In this document: positions 62,068 to 64,000 of the stretch, in pieces
Numbering within the stretch: position 1 is the stretch's first letter
Layout: every line of letters starts with the position of its first letter
Source: Octopus sinensis
Taxonomy: Eukaryota
Direction: 5' to 3'
NCBI RefSeq assembly: GCF_006345805.1
Contig: NW_021836152.1
Coordinates: 124,001-188,000 of the forward strand
DNA: 64,000 nt
Notes under the pieces: generated by a model
What the model was told of the DNA's origin: nothing
Databases searched by the model: none
The model's input: the letters and a program-made list of their open reading frames with translations, nothing else
Position numbers and translations under genes: made by a program

Positions 62068-62138
<71 letters not shown>

Positions 62139-62139
62139 G

Positions 62140-62660
62140 GATCTACATACAATGGAAGCTATGCACACACTATAGAATAACACCAGAAAAAAGATGGTAT
62201 AAGTACACGCCAGAAAAGGTCACAAAAATGAGAAGGCAACAATACACAGATAGAGAAATTAAGGCCAATTAGGCCAGATATAGTTGTCAAAGATCATGAA
62301 GGGAAAAAATGCATTCTGATTGATGTATCAATACCAACAGATGACAACGTTTCTCTAAAAGAAATGGAGAAACTTTCAAAATACAAAGACCTGGAAACAG
62401 AGGTATCTCGAAAGTGGAGTCTAAAAGCAGAACCAATTCCTCTGATAGTAGGCGAATTAGGTATGATAAAAAATATTCAGACAAATACATAGCAAAAATG
62501 CCAGGACTAAATAATATATATGACATACAGAAAATAGCAGTCGTAGGCACCGCACACATCCTACGCAAAACACTTTCAATACAGTAAAAGTAAGAGCGTC
62601 ACAGCAAACCAGAGCACATACCCAAGGCACACAGAGCTGTACTTGGTAGTACAGAAAAAG
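62140..62660 (+). pseudogene. Dong-type 3' fragment
   Basis: RPDIVVKD..CILIDVSIP..SKYKDLE..GTAHILRKTLSIQ*. Confidence 0.8.
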
Positions 62661-62780
62661 CACGTGATAACAATAACACTATGATGATGATAATAATAAT
62701 GATGATGACGATGATGATGATGATGATGATGATGAAACATAGGTGTTATATTCACGCAATAAAATTGTTTTACTTTCCAG

Positions 62781-62897
62781 ACATAGACGAGTGCACAGCA
62801 GACCCATGCGGGGCACAGAGGAAATGCACCAACACACCAGGATCCTACACATGTGTCTGTAATCCAGGGTTCGAGTTCAGCGGAACAACATGCATTG
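62781..62897 (+). CDS. Ca-binding EGF exon, 117 bp, phase 1-1 ([39 protein letters not shown])
   Basis: TTTCCAG at 62774-80, GTAAGT at 62898 and six cysteines. Confidence 0.9.
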
Positions 62898-62978
62898 GTA
62901 AGTAAAACAATAGACAACATCACGCGTATAGGTGTAACTGGTTTCAAGTTATAATAACAAAAAATAATTATAGTAATA

Positions 62979-63027
<49 letters not shown>

Positions 63028-63103
63028 TAATAACCATAATAATAACAAAAATAATAATAATAATAATAATAATAAAAATAATAACCATAATAATAATAAC
63101 AAA

Positions 63104-63141
<38 letters not shown>

Positions 63142-63196
63142 TAATAACCATAATAATAACAAAAATAATAATAAATAATAATAATAATAATAATAT

Positions 63197-63288
<92 letters not shown>

Positions 63289-63314
63289 AAGAAGAAGAAG
63301 AAGAAGAAGAAGAA

Positions 63315-64000
63315 TAACAATCAGGGAGGTACGTACTTTAAACTTACAACTCAAAATGTACGAAAACCTACACGTGCAAAACAATGTGACAACAGAAATG
63401 AACGGACCGGTACCCTACGAAAATGACGACCGTCAAAATAATGGGCCGGACGTTGTTCCTCATGTCCCGCAAGTAAAACCCAAAAGACATAAATGGACAC
63501 GTGAGGAATACATTTCTATCCTACACGCATACTTCACAGCTCTACACAAAAAATGAAAACACAACAACGCATACATATAAAATATGGAAAAAAAATAACA
63601 TAAATATAAACTTGGATACAGCAATGAACCCTAATAAATTAGCTAACGTACGAAGATACATTCTCAACGCAAAAAAGTATCAGAAATAGAAATAGAACAC
63701 CTAAAAGAAAAAATACACCAGGAAAATGTAGATAGAAGCCACACAACAATGCCCAATAATATAAACACTGAAACAGTAAAACACGAAGACAAACGTAACA
63801 TTCCCAACAAACACGATGTAAACAAAAAAACAACAAACCCAGACCGTAGGATGCATAATAATACACGACGAACAGCAAGCCAAAACACGGCAAATAATCA
63901 TATAAATAAGAAAGAAAGCGACACAAATCTAAAACCTGGAAACAACGAAGGGGAGCCTAATGATTATGATAATATAAAAAGTAAAATAATCAAAGAACTG
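63315..64000 (+). mobile_element. 5' part of an R4/Dong-type LINE after (TAA)n/(GAA)n
   Basis: N-terminal motif KRHKWTREEY..HAYF and NKLANVRRYIL, with stops and frameshifts. Confidence 0.65.

Overview
AT-rich, microsatellite-dense animal genomic DNA. The SINE, Penelope, Dong and Helitron repertoire looks cephalopod/Octopus-like (inference). There are no prokaryotic genes and no CRISPR arrays, and most short ORFs in the track are microsatellite translations. The window is mostly retroelements and their relics: three overlapping copies of one young CR1-group LINE, four Penelope-like elements, a Tx1/L1-type LINE, many R4/Dong-type pieces in (TAA)n, a solo LTR present twice, Helitrons, MITEs, tRNA-SINEs and a 5S rRNA pseudogene. 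Probable host exons (EMI-like plus Ca-binding EGF) lie at 51-63 kb. Main observations: (1) bases 1-12.8 kb are a mosaic of about 99% identical segments found again at 19-24, 33-37 and 41-43 kb, with inversions, 1-3 nt microhomology junctions and a templated insertion. (2) The CR1 ORF2 has no AUG ahead of its endonuclease domain but overlaps ORF1 in the -1 frame with an in-phase G_GGU_UUU slippery site. (3) Several minimal type I hammerhead ribozyme motifs with variant cores sit behind Penelope elements. (4) cbEGF exons occur as microsatellite-bounded cassettes that have been duplicated, inverted, recombined and in one case emptied.
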